Shown here piece after piece: positions 33,777 through 46,759 of a stretch of 64,000 nt of DNA. Below the pieces are notes generated by a model that saw only the letters and a list, made by a program, of their open reading frames with translations, searched no databases and was not told where the DNA came from. Position numbers and translations under genes: made by a program. Origin of the DNA: Rhizophagus irregularis (lineage: Eukaryota); NCBI RefSeq assembly GCF_026210795.1, contig NC_089434.1, positions 4,030,001-4,094,000 on the forward strand, in the 5' to 3' direction. The number at the start of each line of letters is the position of its first letter. The stretch's first letter is position 1.

Positions 33777-35964
33777 TTATTGTTCATCATCTTGACAAAT
33801 TTCATTTAGTTCTATAAAAAAATAATAAATTAGATATAGAATATTAATAAAATTACAAATAATAATAACTTACCTAATTCACTTAATTGAACATCTAAGC
33901 ATTCTGAAACTGTATATTATGTATTTATAGTATTTAAATGTTAATAAATTTAAATAAAATAAATTATTATAATAATAAAGGGAATACTTACTTGGATTTG
34001 CTGATGTTGATTGAGCAGTAGAATTAGAGTCTATTAAAAATAAAAATAACATTAATAATGTAAATTGGATTATATAATAAAAAAAAATTAAATTTAATTA
34101 CCTGAACTGAATTGAAAAAATGATAAATCTGAAGAATTTACTGGTTTTGGAAGATTTTTGAAATTTAAAAGTCTACTAGTATAAATTGCTTGTGGATGCG
34201 TTTTGAAGCTTTTGGATTTATCTTCATTTGATCTGTTTTTGAATTTTTCTTTTCTAATTTTATCACATTCTTTTATTTGAAAATATATTTCACTATTTTG
34301 ATTATTGTCACCATCTTCACTATCTTCATTATCTTCATCTTCAACATCTTCAACATCTTCAACATCTTCAACATCTTTAACATCTTCACCATCTTTAGCA
34401 TTTTCACCATCTTTACCATCTTCACCATTTCCACCATCTTCACTATCTTCGCCATCTTCATCATCTTTAACATCTTTAACATCTTCACTATCTCCACCAT
34501 CTTTACCATCTTCACCATTTCCACCATCTTCACTATCTTCGCCATCTTCATCATCTTCACTATCTTCACTATCTTCACTATATTCAATATCTTTAGTACC
34601 TTTAATTTCATTATTCCATTCATTTAGTGTTTGATACAACTCTTTAGTGATTGGTCTATTTTTTATTTCAGCATCCCAACATTTTATTATCAAATCTGCA
34701 AGTAACTTTGGTACATCTTTAGAAATTGTTGGTCTAAATCCCTTACATATTTTAATAGATAAAAATTCATCATGAGGAATATCATTAAAAGGAATTTCTT
34801 CAGAAAGAAATTCGTTCATTATTATTCCAAATGAGTAAATATCTGCTGCTTTTGTATATTGTTGTCCACGTAAAACTTCTGGTGCCATATATGGTAATAC
34901 TCCATAAATTCCTTCTTCCTTAACTGTTTGCTTTATATTTGCTGGTTGACACATTCCTAAATCACTTATAAATGGATTATAATTAAATAATATATTGCCT
35001 GAATGAAAATCTCTGTGAACTTTTTCAGCATTATGAATATCCAAAAGTCCTTTTGCAATTTGTTGTAATTGATCAATTTTTAATTTATAATCGATATAAT
35101 TTTCAGATTTATTTAAATAATTTCTCAAATTTCCATCATTAATATATCGTATAACCATCATATACTCTTTATTATTTGGATCTTGAGTAATTCCAAAACA
35201 TTGAACAACATTATTAAGATAAATCTGAAGATGAGATTTAATCTAATTATTATCAAAAAGGAAAAATTTTATTAATAAATAAATGCAAATAACAAACTTT
35301 ATATATAAGACAAAGTAAGTTTAAATTACCTCATTTAAAAAATCTGAACATATATTAGAAGAATTATTCAAACTTTTCAATGCATATTTTTCATTTTGCT
35401 CTCTATACCATTTTTGATTCTCAATATCCCAATATTCAATATTTCCCTCAGGCCATTCTGCTGAATAAATCTTACCAAAGCCACCTTCTGCAATATAAGT
35501 GATATTTTGAAATTTTTCAAAAGGTATCCATTCAAGATATTTCATATAATATACAGCATTAAGTTGTGATTGCTGTATAAATTCATCAATAACTTTATTT
35601 CCACTAGTCCAATTTTTAAAGTTATCTTTAAATCTTTTAGCATTACAAGATTGACACCATTCTACTCCTGTGCCAGGTTCTTTACATTCTCCACATATTC
35701 CATACGCTTGTTTTCTTTTTTCTAAATCTCCTATATAAATTACTCTTTCATCTACATTTTCTGATTCAATAGTTGAATCAGTAGCAGGAATTGTAACATG
35801 GAGCTTTTAATAGACAAAAAATTATTAATATTTTTAATTACAAAAATATAATAAAATAATTATAATTATTAAAAATATTAAATTGCTATTACCTGATATT
35901 TACTATTATAATACTTCCATAAATTTTTGGGGGTTTCATCCATATTAATTGAGCTGTGGATCAT
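33777..35964 (-). CDS. TKL-type kinase, multi-exon, with an acidic tripeptide-repeat insertion
   Basis: CGEC...WCQSC, WTSGN, AEGGFGKIY, YALK, HRDFHSGN, SDLG, YGVLPYMAPE; GT-AG introns; ends in micro-exons. Confidence 0.85.
34312..34580. repeat. Coding 9-bp minisatellite (xED/xKD tripeptides) with a higher-order duplication
   Basis: Repeating CATCTTCAC/CATCTTTAA units; the DDEDGEDSEDGGNGEDGKDG block occurs twice. Confidence 0.9.
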
Positions 35965-38162
35965 AATTTTAATTTTAGTTATATAAATAAATAACTACGT
36001 TACTCAAAAATAATTTCAGAATTATTATGGGCAAAAGAAAAAAATTATGATTTGAACGAAGTTCCGCACTTATTTGTATTACTATTTGTACTACTATTGT
36101 AACAAAATTACTATTTTTGTAACAAAGAAAATTCGTAAGCAGCAGCTGATCATCATGAAAAATTCCGAAATGGTTAAAATGAAAAATGCGAAGTAAAATT
36201 ATTTTCGGTAATGTAGATCATATAATTTTTTTCCTGTATTTTCAAAAAAAATAAAATAGCAATAAAAAAATCATAGCCAAATTATATATCAGAAATAAAT
36301 TAGTTTGGAATAAAAATTTTAATTAATATAATGAAAATCAAGGTGGATACAGATTATAGTTCGCATATAAGCTTTTTTTATCTTTACGTAGGAAATAAAT
36401 AAAAATATTGTATGATTGGCTTAAATGAACCTTGTCAAGGACTGTAATAATTACAAAAGGCAAAATTTTGTGTAGTAAATATGGTAAATGAAAGTCATGT
36501 AAGGTATTTCATAATATTATCCGTATAGAGAAGATAATATATGATCAAACATTGAATGATCGAAAATTTTATTGTATATACGTAAAGTATATACGTAAAT
36601 CAATAATGATCTTGAAAAGTTTATTATGCAATTTTAAATTGAGTAAATTTTAAAACAAAAAGAAAATTTATTTATCTTTTATCTTAAATGATATTTATTT
36701 AATTATGTATTAAGAGTATTAAGAGATACATTTTTTGAATTGAGACCATATCTTCCTAATCTTTGATGAGGCGTAAAAAAATTAAGAATGAATAAAGTGT
36801 GAAAATTGAGGTCAAGTAGTAATAACAAATCTATTTCTACGATAAAATATTAATAAATGTTTTTAGAAAGGATAATCTAACGGACAACAGGTTTCATGAA
36901 GATAAATACATCGTATTTTGAATATTGTATTTTATAGAGAATTTTTCAAAATTAAAATTAATGCAAAAGAATGTCAAATACTTCACACAGAAGGAATGAT
37001 TTGAGAACATAAAGAGCAATAATTGGAAAGATCAGGATTCAGAAACATATGAAGTAATGTTCAAAAGTGAGAAATTCAGTTGGTTTGATAGATGTATGTT
37101 TTAAATTTATTTACAAAATTACATTTCTATTAACTCATATCAAGCATAAAACTATAGTTTATGACATAATTGAGTCACTTTATAGATGAATTCATAATAG
37201 TAATGCAAATTCATCGAGATTTTACACAGGAAATATTTTATATTCACAATATCATAATTCCTAGTATATAGTGATTTTGGATTTCGTGACCTGCTGCTAA
37301 AATTATATGAATTATATGCGATTTTTCTTATGAAACACTTGTCCAAGATTTTAATTAATATTGGTGCGTCAGGTAGCTAAATACATGTTTAGTATCAGTT
37401 CTAATTTATTTTTTTTATAGGTCTTAGAAGAATAGGTAAGTAACATTATTCGATAAAAGATCATTACTTTTAATTTGAATGATGAGTTACAATGATTATA
37501 ATTTATGGAGAAAGAAATTATTTAAATTTTTTTATACAAGTTCAACATTTGTCTCGATTTATTTAGATATCTGATTATCATAATTTGTATAGTCTCTTTT
37601 TATATACGTACAAAAAGATCAAATGTATCAAGAGTATTAGAGTAGTATTAGCAGTTTTTAGATTAATATATACATTAGCTTTATATTTAAGCAATTAATA
37701 AGTATAACAATTTGAATCTTTATTTATAAAAATTCTTTACTTTTAATATTTCATACGCTTGTTCACTTTTATCTTATAAATACAATACATACATACATAA
37801 TTATGGATTTAGGAACATTTTTTTGATAGAAAATTTTAGAAAATTAAAAAAAAATTTAAAATACTGTAAATCCAAAATTGATATCCGCATAGGTCAATGG
37901 ATAGTGATTGTTATTATAATTATATTTTATATTTTTATAAATATCTAATAAGAAACATGTATTAGTTGATTTGATCTAATAAGTAGGTTTGATTTAGTTA
38001 ATCTGAATAATTTTGAACAGAAATTTAAAAATTCTAATAAAGAAATTTTCAAAAATTCAATAAGTGACGTTTGATTATGGATCGACAATTTGCATAACTA
38101 GCTAGTATAAATTCAATTAAATTAAATATTTTTTTTTTTTTCCTTAAACATTTTAATTTAAA

Positions 38163-39658
38163 ATGATGTCTTCAAAATTTTTGGCAGAATTATCAAGTGA
38201 TTATGAAAAACTTTTTGAAACAGAATTAGGATATGATGTTATCATTTATGCTGGAGAGGAGTCAAACATTAAAGAAATTTATGCTCACTCAAATATTTTA
38301 TGTATCAGGTCTCAATATTTTCGTTCTGCATTTTCTAATGAATGGGTTGAGAAAAAAGATGGAAAATTTATTTTAAGGAAACCAAATATTTCTCCTCGTC
38401 TATTTAATATCATTCTCAGGTAATGTATAAATATTAACAATGAAAATTTTATTTGTACTTTAATAATTAACACTATATATTTTGTTAATAATAATTTATT
38501 AGATTTATTTATTGTGGAAATATTGAATTGAAAAATTTACAAGGTCCTGAAATATTGCAACTTTTGATAGCAGTGGATGAACTTAATATTCAACAATTGA
38601 TTTCTTATATTCAAGAATATTTAATTGAACATCAAACCGAATTTTTGCATCAAAATCCAACTGGTATTCTTGAAATTATTTATCAATATGAAACATTTAC
38701 GGATTTATGGAATTTTTGTCTTGAAAAAATTTGTGAAGAACCTAAAATTTTATTTAATTCAGATAAATTTATTGAATTAAAGGCTCCATTATTAGAAATG
38801 TTGATTAAACGAGATGATTTAAATATGAAGGAAATTGAGATTTGGGAAGGTTTATTGAAATGGTGCTTTGCTCAACAAAATATGTTAAATGATCCAACCA
38901 AATGGAGTAAAGATGATGCTATAAAAATTGAGAGATCATTACACAGATTTATTCCTTTAATTAGATTCTATGATATTAACCCTGCAGATTTCTTTTATAA
39001 AGTTTATTGTTATAAAGAAATATTGCCTCAAGATTTAATTCATAATCTTTTAGAATTTCATATAGTCCCTAATATAAAACCTAAAACTAATGTAGCACCT
39101 TCAAGAAAGCCAAACTTAAAATTTAAACTTGATTCAACCTTAATTGAATCAAATCATATCCCACTGTTTGCTTCATGGATTGATAGAAAAGATTCTTATA
39201 AAAAAAATGATATTCCTTATGAATTTAAGTTATTATATTGTTCAAGTAGAGATGGATTTGATGCTGCATCATTTCATAGAAATTGTGACAATAAAGGAGC
39301 TACTATTTGGATAGCAAAAATTCAAGGTACAACAAAATTAATTGGAGGTTATAATCCAATTGATTGGAGTGGAGATGGTTGGAGAAGCACTACAGATAGT
39401 TTTTTATTTAATATTACAGATGAAAAAAATGTTTCTACTGCAAAATTAGGTTATGTTAATAATAACAATGCAAATTATGCTATTTATTGCATGAGCGATC
39501 GAGGACCACACATGGGTAATTTCTATTGTAAAGGTAACGACAATTGGACATTTTATCGTTCGGGTATTAATGATGCTAATTTTGCTTATCCTAAAGTAGG
39601 AATTCCAGAAAGTTTTAAGGTGGAAAAATATGAAGTATTTCAAGTAATTAAAAAATAA
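38163..39658 (+). CDS. BTB/POZ-BACK-TLDc protein (intron 38421-38502)
   Basis: DVIIYAGE...AHSNILCIRSQYF; SRDGFDAASFHRNCDNKGAT...IGGYNP...YEVFQV. Confidence 0.9.
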
Positions 39659-42044
39659 TTACTAAATACATCTCCATTTTTTTTATTAAATCTTTACAAA
39701 ATAAAATTCAATTATTTATATATCAGAAGGGTTATTTGATATGAATTTATGTTAAAAAATTTTTCTACGGTGGTAATTATTAGAAAAGAGCTTAATTTTT
39801 GATTTTTACAATACTACTAGAATTTTTTTTTAAAAAAAAAAATTTCGTTTACATAAGAAAATTAATGTATGTAAAAAAATAAAAAGTATTAACTGTAATT
39901 CATGTGATTCCTCTCAGAATTTTCTTTATTTCGTGATTAAATATTTATCATAAAAGATGAAGAAATTATATTAAAAAAATTATTAGATAAAGTGGTAAAA
40001 TTCATCTATTTTTGAAATATGATCTTACTTGTCACTTTTAAGTCGTATACGGCATTTTTTTGTTTAACCCATTTTTCTTTCATTCTTCAAATCGTTTTGG
40101 TATTGCGTGTTGATAATTACTATTATCGATTTCTTTGTGGTTGGCTGACAGCTGACTAGTTTGGTTTGAAACGGGATTGTCTATTTGAAGTTTTGCTCCA
40201 GATCATCGGGTTTTGCGGCATAAATTATTTCAATCATTGATAATTAATAAACGTTCGTACTGCGTTAAAAAATTAATAAAAAATAAATATGTTCAATATG
40301 TTTCATTTACTATAATTAATTAATCATAATCTTGTAATTTATTTTCGTCTTTTTTTTGATTTTCTTCTTTTCTTTCCTTTCCAAATATCTTATAAATTTT
40401 ACTTTGTCTTTAATAAAATAAAAATTTCGGTTTAATAAGAAATATACCAAAAAAAAAAAAATAATAAAAATTTAAAAAATTTTTGGTTCAAAAAGCTGGA
40501 AAAAAAATAAGAAAATAAACTAAAAAAATATTTCTGTTCAAAAGATCGAAAAAGTAAATAAAATAAAAAAAGAAATTTCTGTTTAAAAACTTTTTTTTTT
40601 TTAAACTGAAAAAAATAAAACATTAAAATATTTAAAATATCATTATAATACACTGAATCAAAATTCGTTGCTCCATAGATCGTTGACAGTCTAGCAGTCC
40701 TATACAACAAAAATGATGATTCCCACAAAAAAAAAACATTCAAATCAACCGCAGTCAGCTAAACCGTGAACCCCTTTAATGCGTATGCTACTCTCTCCCT
40801 AAATATAAAAATCACCTACCATTAGGAGAAATTCAAATTACGAAGATCTCATTGCGATGTGATATGTCTCAGATAATTTTAATTCACAAGTTCTTAGTCA
40901 ATTCTCTATGTAGCAAGAAATAAATTTTTAAATTTGTTATTTTAGCATATTAAAAGAAGTAATTTAACATTTGTCATGAAACTTTTCAAATTGGAAATTT
41001 TATAATGATGCCGATTATCAAAGTTTTTAATGTCAAACTTATTTACAAAAATGTGATTTGATCGAGTAAGAATTATATTAACTTCGATTATCGATTTGAT
41101 ACATTTGAACAATCAATGATTAATCAATTCAATCATGATGCCTCAATTCACTAATCGTTGATACATACTTAAAAAATTTATCATTATAATAAAAAAGAGT
41201 ACACAATTAATCAATAAAAAAAAATGTGACATAATTTATTGCAAAAAAAAGTATTTATTAAAATGTTTATTCGATTTAGGTGGGAAAATCAAATTTGTGT
41301 ACGTCTGTCTGTACAATTGTAGTTATTTGCGACATAATCATAACGAATCTAAACAAAATCATTATGAACTAGTTTAAAGGAAGCACACCGAGAAAGCTAG
41401 TGAGAAATTATTCTGAAAGAGATGAAGAGATGATTACTTCGTCTGTGATCGTACATTTACAATGTGAAGCAACTTTTGGAGTCTACTATTTTTTTTTTAT
41501 AGAATTTTCGAGAAATTAATTAACGTCACGAACAGACAAGCATAACTTATTATGGTTAATTTATTTCTGTCATCGCATGTCTCAATGATTCCCATTTTAT
41601 TTTATTCAGCAGAATCATTTGTTAATTTAGACCGTAGAAACTTATAACGAAAAACTGGTCTGAAGGCACTAATATAAACATTTAAAACGAATTCATGTAT
41701 ATGAAATATTTTCCAATAATATCATGACTAGATATGTATTGCGCGAATAGGATGAATATTTTGCATAGGCAAAAAAAGGAAAGACCTATATGATTGTTCT
41801 AAGTATCATCATATTGTATAACTTTTATGATACTAATATACTATTTCATTTTGCATAATATCAATTTTAATTTTTTAATAATAATAATAATAAATCAGAT
41901 TGGATCGAAATTTCATCTTTAAAAATAATAATAATAATAATAATAATAATAATCACCATGCCAATAATTTATAGGAATGATGAAAACAAAAAAAAAACAA
42001 TAGTTTTGATAATGGAATTAAAAATAAAATATGTACTAAAAATT

Positions 42045-43641
42045 TCAAGATAAATTACAATTTGAGTCCTCCTTAGGCTCATTTCCTGTCACAATTTCCT
42101 TAGGCTCATTTCCTTTCATAATTTCCTTAGGCTCATTTCCTTCCGTAATTTGAAATATCTCATATTCTTCTACGTTAAATCTACCATTAATTTTTCTAAT
42201 CGATTTTTCATAACGTAATGGATTAAACGTCGTATTTCCACATTTGTTTCCATACAAAACAAGATCATGACTAAATCCTAGACTGCGGCTAGCGTAATTA
42301 AATATAGCAAATTCTTCATCCTTTACTCGGCTTAAAATATAATCTTCAATATTTTCCTTATTCCTAAACGAAAATATAAAACTATCCTTAGTAATACCAA
42401 AACTACAATCAGTTTTCCATGTGATCGGATTATATCCTCCAAGAATTTCATTACTATCTTCCACTTTAATAATTGATATAGTATGAGATTTATTATCACA
42501 AATTTTATGGAATATACTAGGTGAGAATCCATCACGAGATCCACGAAGTATTAATTTGAATTCATATGGATTACTTATCTCGTCCGTAATTTCTAATTTA
42601 TCAATCCATTTAGAGATTAATTCAGTATGTTGGATTGTGATGATTTTTGAATCCATATTTTTTGAACTAATTTCTTTAGTTATCACTGGTTCTGGCTTAT
42701 TATCTGGTTGATTTATAAAGTGTTTGATTAAATTTTCACGTAAGTCTTTTGGTAAAACCTTCTTATAAGGATAAACGTTGTTCAAAAATTGTTTATGGCT
42801 TAAATTAAAGAATTTAATAAAAGAAGTACATTGTTGTAAAGTATCCCTTAGAGTGTTAAGATCATTTTTTGAGTAGTTTGAAGGATCTGAAGGAAGTTCT
42901 GGATTTTGAGCAATACCCCATTTTAGTACATGTTCCCAAACTTGAATAACATTCTTTTGAAAATTTTTATGTTGAATAAGAGAAATCACACAACTTTCTG
43001 AAAGCGAGGTAAAATCGTTTGAATTAAAAAATTTTTCTGGTTCATTAAATATCAATGCTTTACAAAAATCTTGTAATTTCAAGAAAGAATAATTCTCAAA
43101 ACTTGTTTTATATATCAAATTAAAATTTTGTTCCATCCATTTTTTTTTATTTTTGATCAAAAATAATTGTAAATGAGTGATTAATTCTTGAAGTCCAAGT
43201 TCACTGGAAGCAATTAAAATTTTAATAATATCCGAAGTATCATATCCTTTTAAAAAAAGGCTTCCTCCATAGATATATCTAAAATTAAAATATTTGAATA
43301 ATTCTGTAAGTACGTACGTAAATATAGGGTTTTTTTAAATAAAAGAATTGTTATAATTTATTATTTCATTTCTCTCACCTTAAGATCGTTTGAAAAATTT
43401 CCGGTGAAATATTTGGTAATTTAATATGTGTTAAACTTCCATCATTATTATTTCTACTAACGCTAGTTGATAAGATTCTTCGCAAATAAGGGGAACGATA
43501 ATTTAAAATGACCATATGAGCTCGAAAAATTTTTACATAAGGATCATTACCAACTTCAATTGTTATATCATAAAATTCATTATCCTCTAAAATTTCAAGT
43601 AAATTTTGTGATAGTTTTGGTAAAAATTTATTATTGTTCAT
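42045..43641 (-). CDS. BTB/POZ-BACK-TLDc protein (one intron ~43280-43378)
   Basis: MNNNKFLPKL...FRAHMVILNYRSPY; GSRDGF...FHKICDNK...ILGGYNP...EEYEIFQI; GNEPKE repeated three times at the C-terminus. Confidence 0.9.
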
Positions 43642-44207
43642 TATAGTCGTATTTCGTTTTTTTTCAAGAAATGAAAGAAATTTTGTCCTAGTTGGTTGAA
43701 TGACCGACCTTATATATCTTGTACGGAAAATCCTTCGGCCCGAAATACCGAAACACCGAAACACCGACTCAAGGTTGATCACGTGATTATTGATGTCGCG
43801 CTTATCTTCAAAATATTTAACGTATCTTTAATGCTTAGACCATTAGACACTTACAAGACTATCACGAAGTATATTACGGTTATGTATAAAAGATTTATAT
43901 AACTACATTATTCCTAAAATCCATTTATTAAGAAAAATTTTAGAATACTATTTCTTTTTTTTTTTTACGACGTGGCAACCGTGGCGTGGTAATATCTATA
44001 AATTTGAGATATTAAGTTTACCATTAAATCAATTTTATAAATTTTTGATTCATACATTCAACATTGCTAACTATTTTTGAGATTCCATAAAACTGGATGC
44101 TATTTGCATGATAATCAACTCCAAGTTGCATTTTTAACTTAATATATTTTAAAATGCAGTATAATATTAGCAAGTATATATATTATATGGTGCCACCACT
44201 CTGTGAT

Positions 44208-44612
44208 GGAGCTTTGAATCCGACGGATCGAGTGACCCGACAGGTTGACCCGAAATATTCGGGTCGGGTCAGTGTCAGCCGGTTACCCGACCCGTTGACC
44301 AAACATACATTTGGGTCAATGCTTATTCGCACGAATTTCTCTTAAAAAGTTTAATAAAAAACGTTACGAACACGTTTTTTTGATAAATGTTTTAATTAAA
44401 AAAACGTTTCTCAACTTTTTTTTTAAAATTTTTTTTTAATAATTTGAATATAAAGAGTTTTGGCATTTTTTATATATAAAATGCAAAACCATTTTTCTTA
44501 TTAACTTTTGGGTCGGGTCACCCGACCGTGATATTCGGTCGGGTCATCAAATTCATGACCCACCTCGGGTTTGATCAAGTCAATTACCTGACCCGACCCG
44601 TTCGGTGTGGCT
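44208..44612. mobile_element. Degenerate MITE with GACCCG/CGGGTC subterminal repeats
   Basis: GC-rich motif clusters at both ends around an AT-rich core; exact termini unclear. Confidence 0.5.
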
Positions 44613-44859
44613 TTTGAGGCTTTTAACTTTGATCCGGCTTTGATTTGTTTACTATGCGACAAAGATATTATAAATAATATTGTAAACAACTTTTAACTTG
44701 TTTATTATGCAAAACAAAAAAGTTTACAAGTTTGTGGCATTTTGTGGCATTTGTGGTTGTGGACATAAAACAATTAATAAGAGAATTTGTTAAATTCAGA
44801 GATAAATCACTTCTTCGCATAAAATTTATCTTGTTTGATCAATCATTACGAAAGATAAA

Positions 44860-46067
44860 ATGCAATATAAACAATATAGACTTCAAATTCTTGTAAATGG
44901 CATGCCTTTGGAAGAATGTTGGGAACCTTTGGATAGTAATGATAATAAACTTTCCAGTTACACTCGAGATAACATCACTAATTTAAAATATGAAAGGTAT
45001 TTGATTTTACTTTTTTTATAATATTATCATTATAGATACTAAAAAAATGCTTTGTTATTATCGTAAAAAGTGAATCGATTCATTACGCAGCAGTCAATGT
45101 AGATCATGGTACTCGTTTCTCCGTACGTTTCTCGGCTGAAGATGCGACAAAAGATGAACCAATAAAGGCTTATCTCTCAGTTGATGGAAATTGGGATTTT
45201 ACGTATTATCAGCTTTATAATGAAAAATTTTGTAGAGCAAATGGGTTTTGGAATAAAGATAGAAACAAAAAATATTATTTCAAATTTATTCAAACAACAA
45301 GTTCATCATCATCAGATACTAACAACAGCATCACCAATGTTAACGAAGAAACCAATGCCGACATTGAAGAAACCAATATTGATAGCAAAAAAGCCAATAT
45401 TGACAGCAAAGAAAATGAAACCAACAAAGAAACTAATGTTAACAGCAATGAAACAAATATTAAGGAAAAAGGACCAAATGATAATAGATTTTCTTTAATG
45501 AAATCTAGTGGTCCCGGATGCGTTTCAGTGTATTTTTATCGTGCTAAATGGGTAAATCAACAGTGTAAAGTTCCAAATTTTATTATTAATAAAACATCAA
45601 ATGCTGAAGATATAAGTTTATATACTGGATTTGATGAAGAATTTGATGACCAAAATTTTATACAAAATGGTGTTGTTAATTTACGAAGAATATCCAAAAA
45701 TCCAATTGCCGAGTTACATATTCATTATAGGGATATTTCGTATCTCACAGATCGAGGATTTATCTTCCCTAATTTGAATACTCCAAAGAGTGATTTAATT
45801 CGAGAGGATTATTTTGAAAATATTACTACTAATAAAGAGAATAGATTAATTAAATATGTAAAGCCAACAATAATTATCACTAGTCACTTCGATCAAACTG
45901 GACTAATTGACAGAGAAGAAAGCAACTTAATTAAGAAAGAGAGGTCAGATAAAGTGTTTTTGACTGTAGAAAAATCAAACAAACGATCTTTTGATCCTGA
46001 TGAAGAGGAGTCAATTAATAAACGAGTAAAGTATGATGTTACTGAGGGGAAATTAACGAAAATGTAA
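44860..46067 (+). CDS. Uncharacterised fungal-type protein (intron 44997-45070), resembling the DUF7918-like beta-rich family
   Basis: Spliced frame MQYKQYRLQILVNGMPLEE...TRFSVRF...YLSVDG...YYFKF...PGCVSVYFYR...PIAELHIHYRDISYL is open to 46067; family assignment from memory of the motif pattern. Confidence 0.65.
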
Positions 46068-46537
46068 TTATTATTGAAGAATCTGATGATAGAAATATTT
46101 TAATGTCCAATGCTTTTTTAATCAATGTGATGCAACATTTATGCAACATTTAACTTCTTCTTCATCACTAACAGTGATAAGATTAAAGTGTCTAATCTTG
46201 TTTATGACATAAATAAATTTGATTATGCAATAATATTTATTTAACTAATAGCTAATATCAATACAAATTAAATAATTTTCAAAAAAAAAATATACTAAAC
46301 GCTTCAAAACTTATGGTATTATATAACAGCTGTTCTATTAGAACTAGAGTACTTCAAAATTGGGACGCCTTTTAAAAGAAATACAGTACGCAAATCAAAA
46401 TTAAAAGTTTATTCATTTCTTTGTTGATATGTTTGTACGTTAATTCCTATTCTATTCACTGTTATTCATAAATTATCAATTCACTTTCCCCTTTATATTA
46501 TATTTATTAGAGATAAACGCATGAGTGATTTTGAATA

Positions 46538-46685
46538 GAGTATTGCTAAATCTCACCGCTAGTGATTGTCACCTTACGATAGAATTTTAGACCGAATTAA
46601 AAATGTCATGAAACTCCGCCCATTAATATTATTTTGCTAATGCTGGTACGGTGAAAATCACCTGCGGTGAGATTTAGCAATGCCC
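46538..46685. mobile_element. MULE-like MITE
   Basis: ~40-bp TIR (...ATTGCTAAATCTCACCGC...); 9-bp TSD TTTTGAATA / TTTTAAATA. Confidence 0.75.
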
Positions 46686-46759
46686 TTTTAAATAATCTAT
46701 TTTTTCAAATTAAAACCTTAATTTAATAATCAAAATTTTATATTATTTGAAAGGAAATT

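Noticed and set aside
34273..34634. Three extra overlapping ORFs
   Set aside because: Alternative frames of the stop-free 9-bp minisatellite
40030..40780. Possible TTAA-target DNA transposon
   Set aside because: Only one convincing end (TTAAAGGGGTTCACGG on the minus strand); the left TIR is too degenerate
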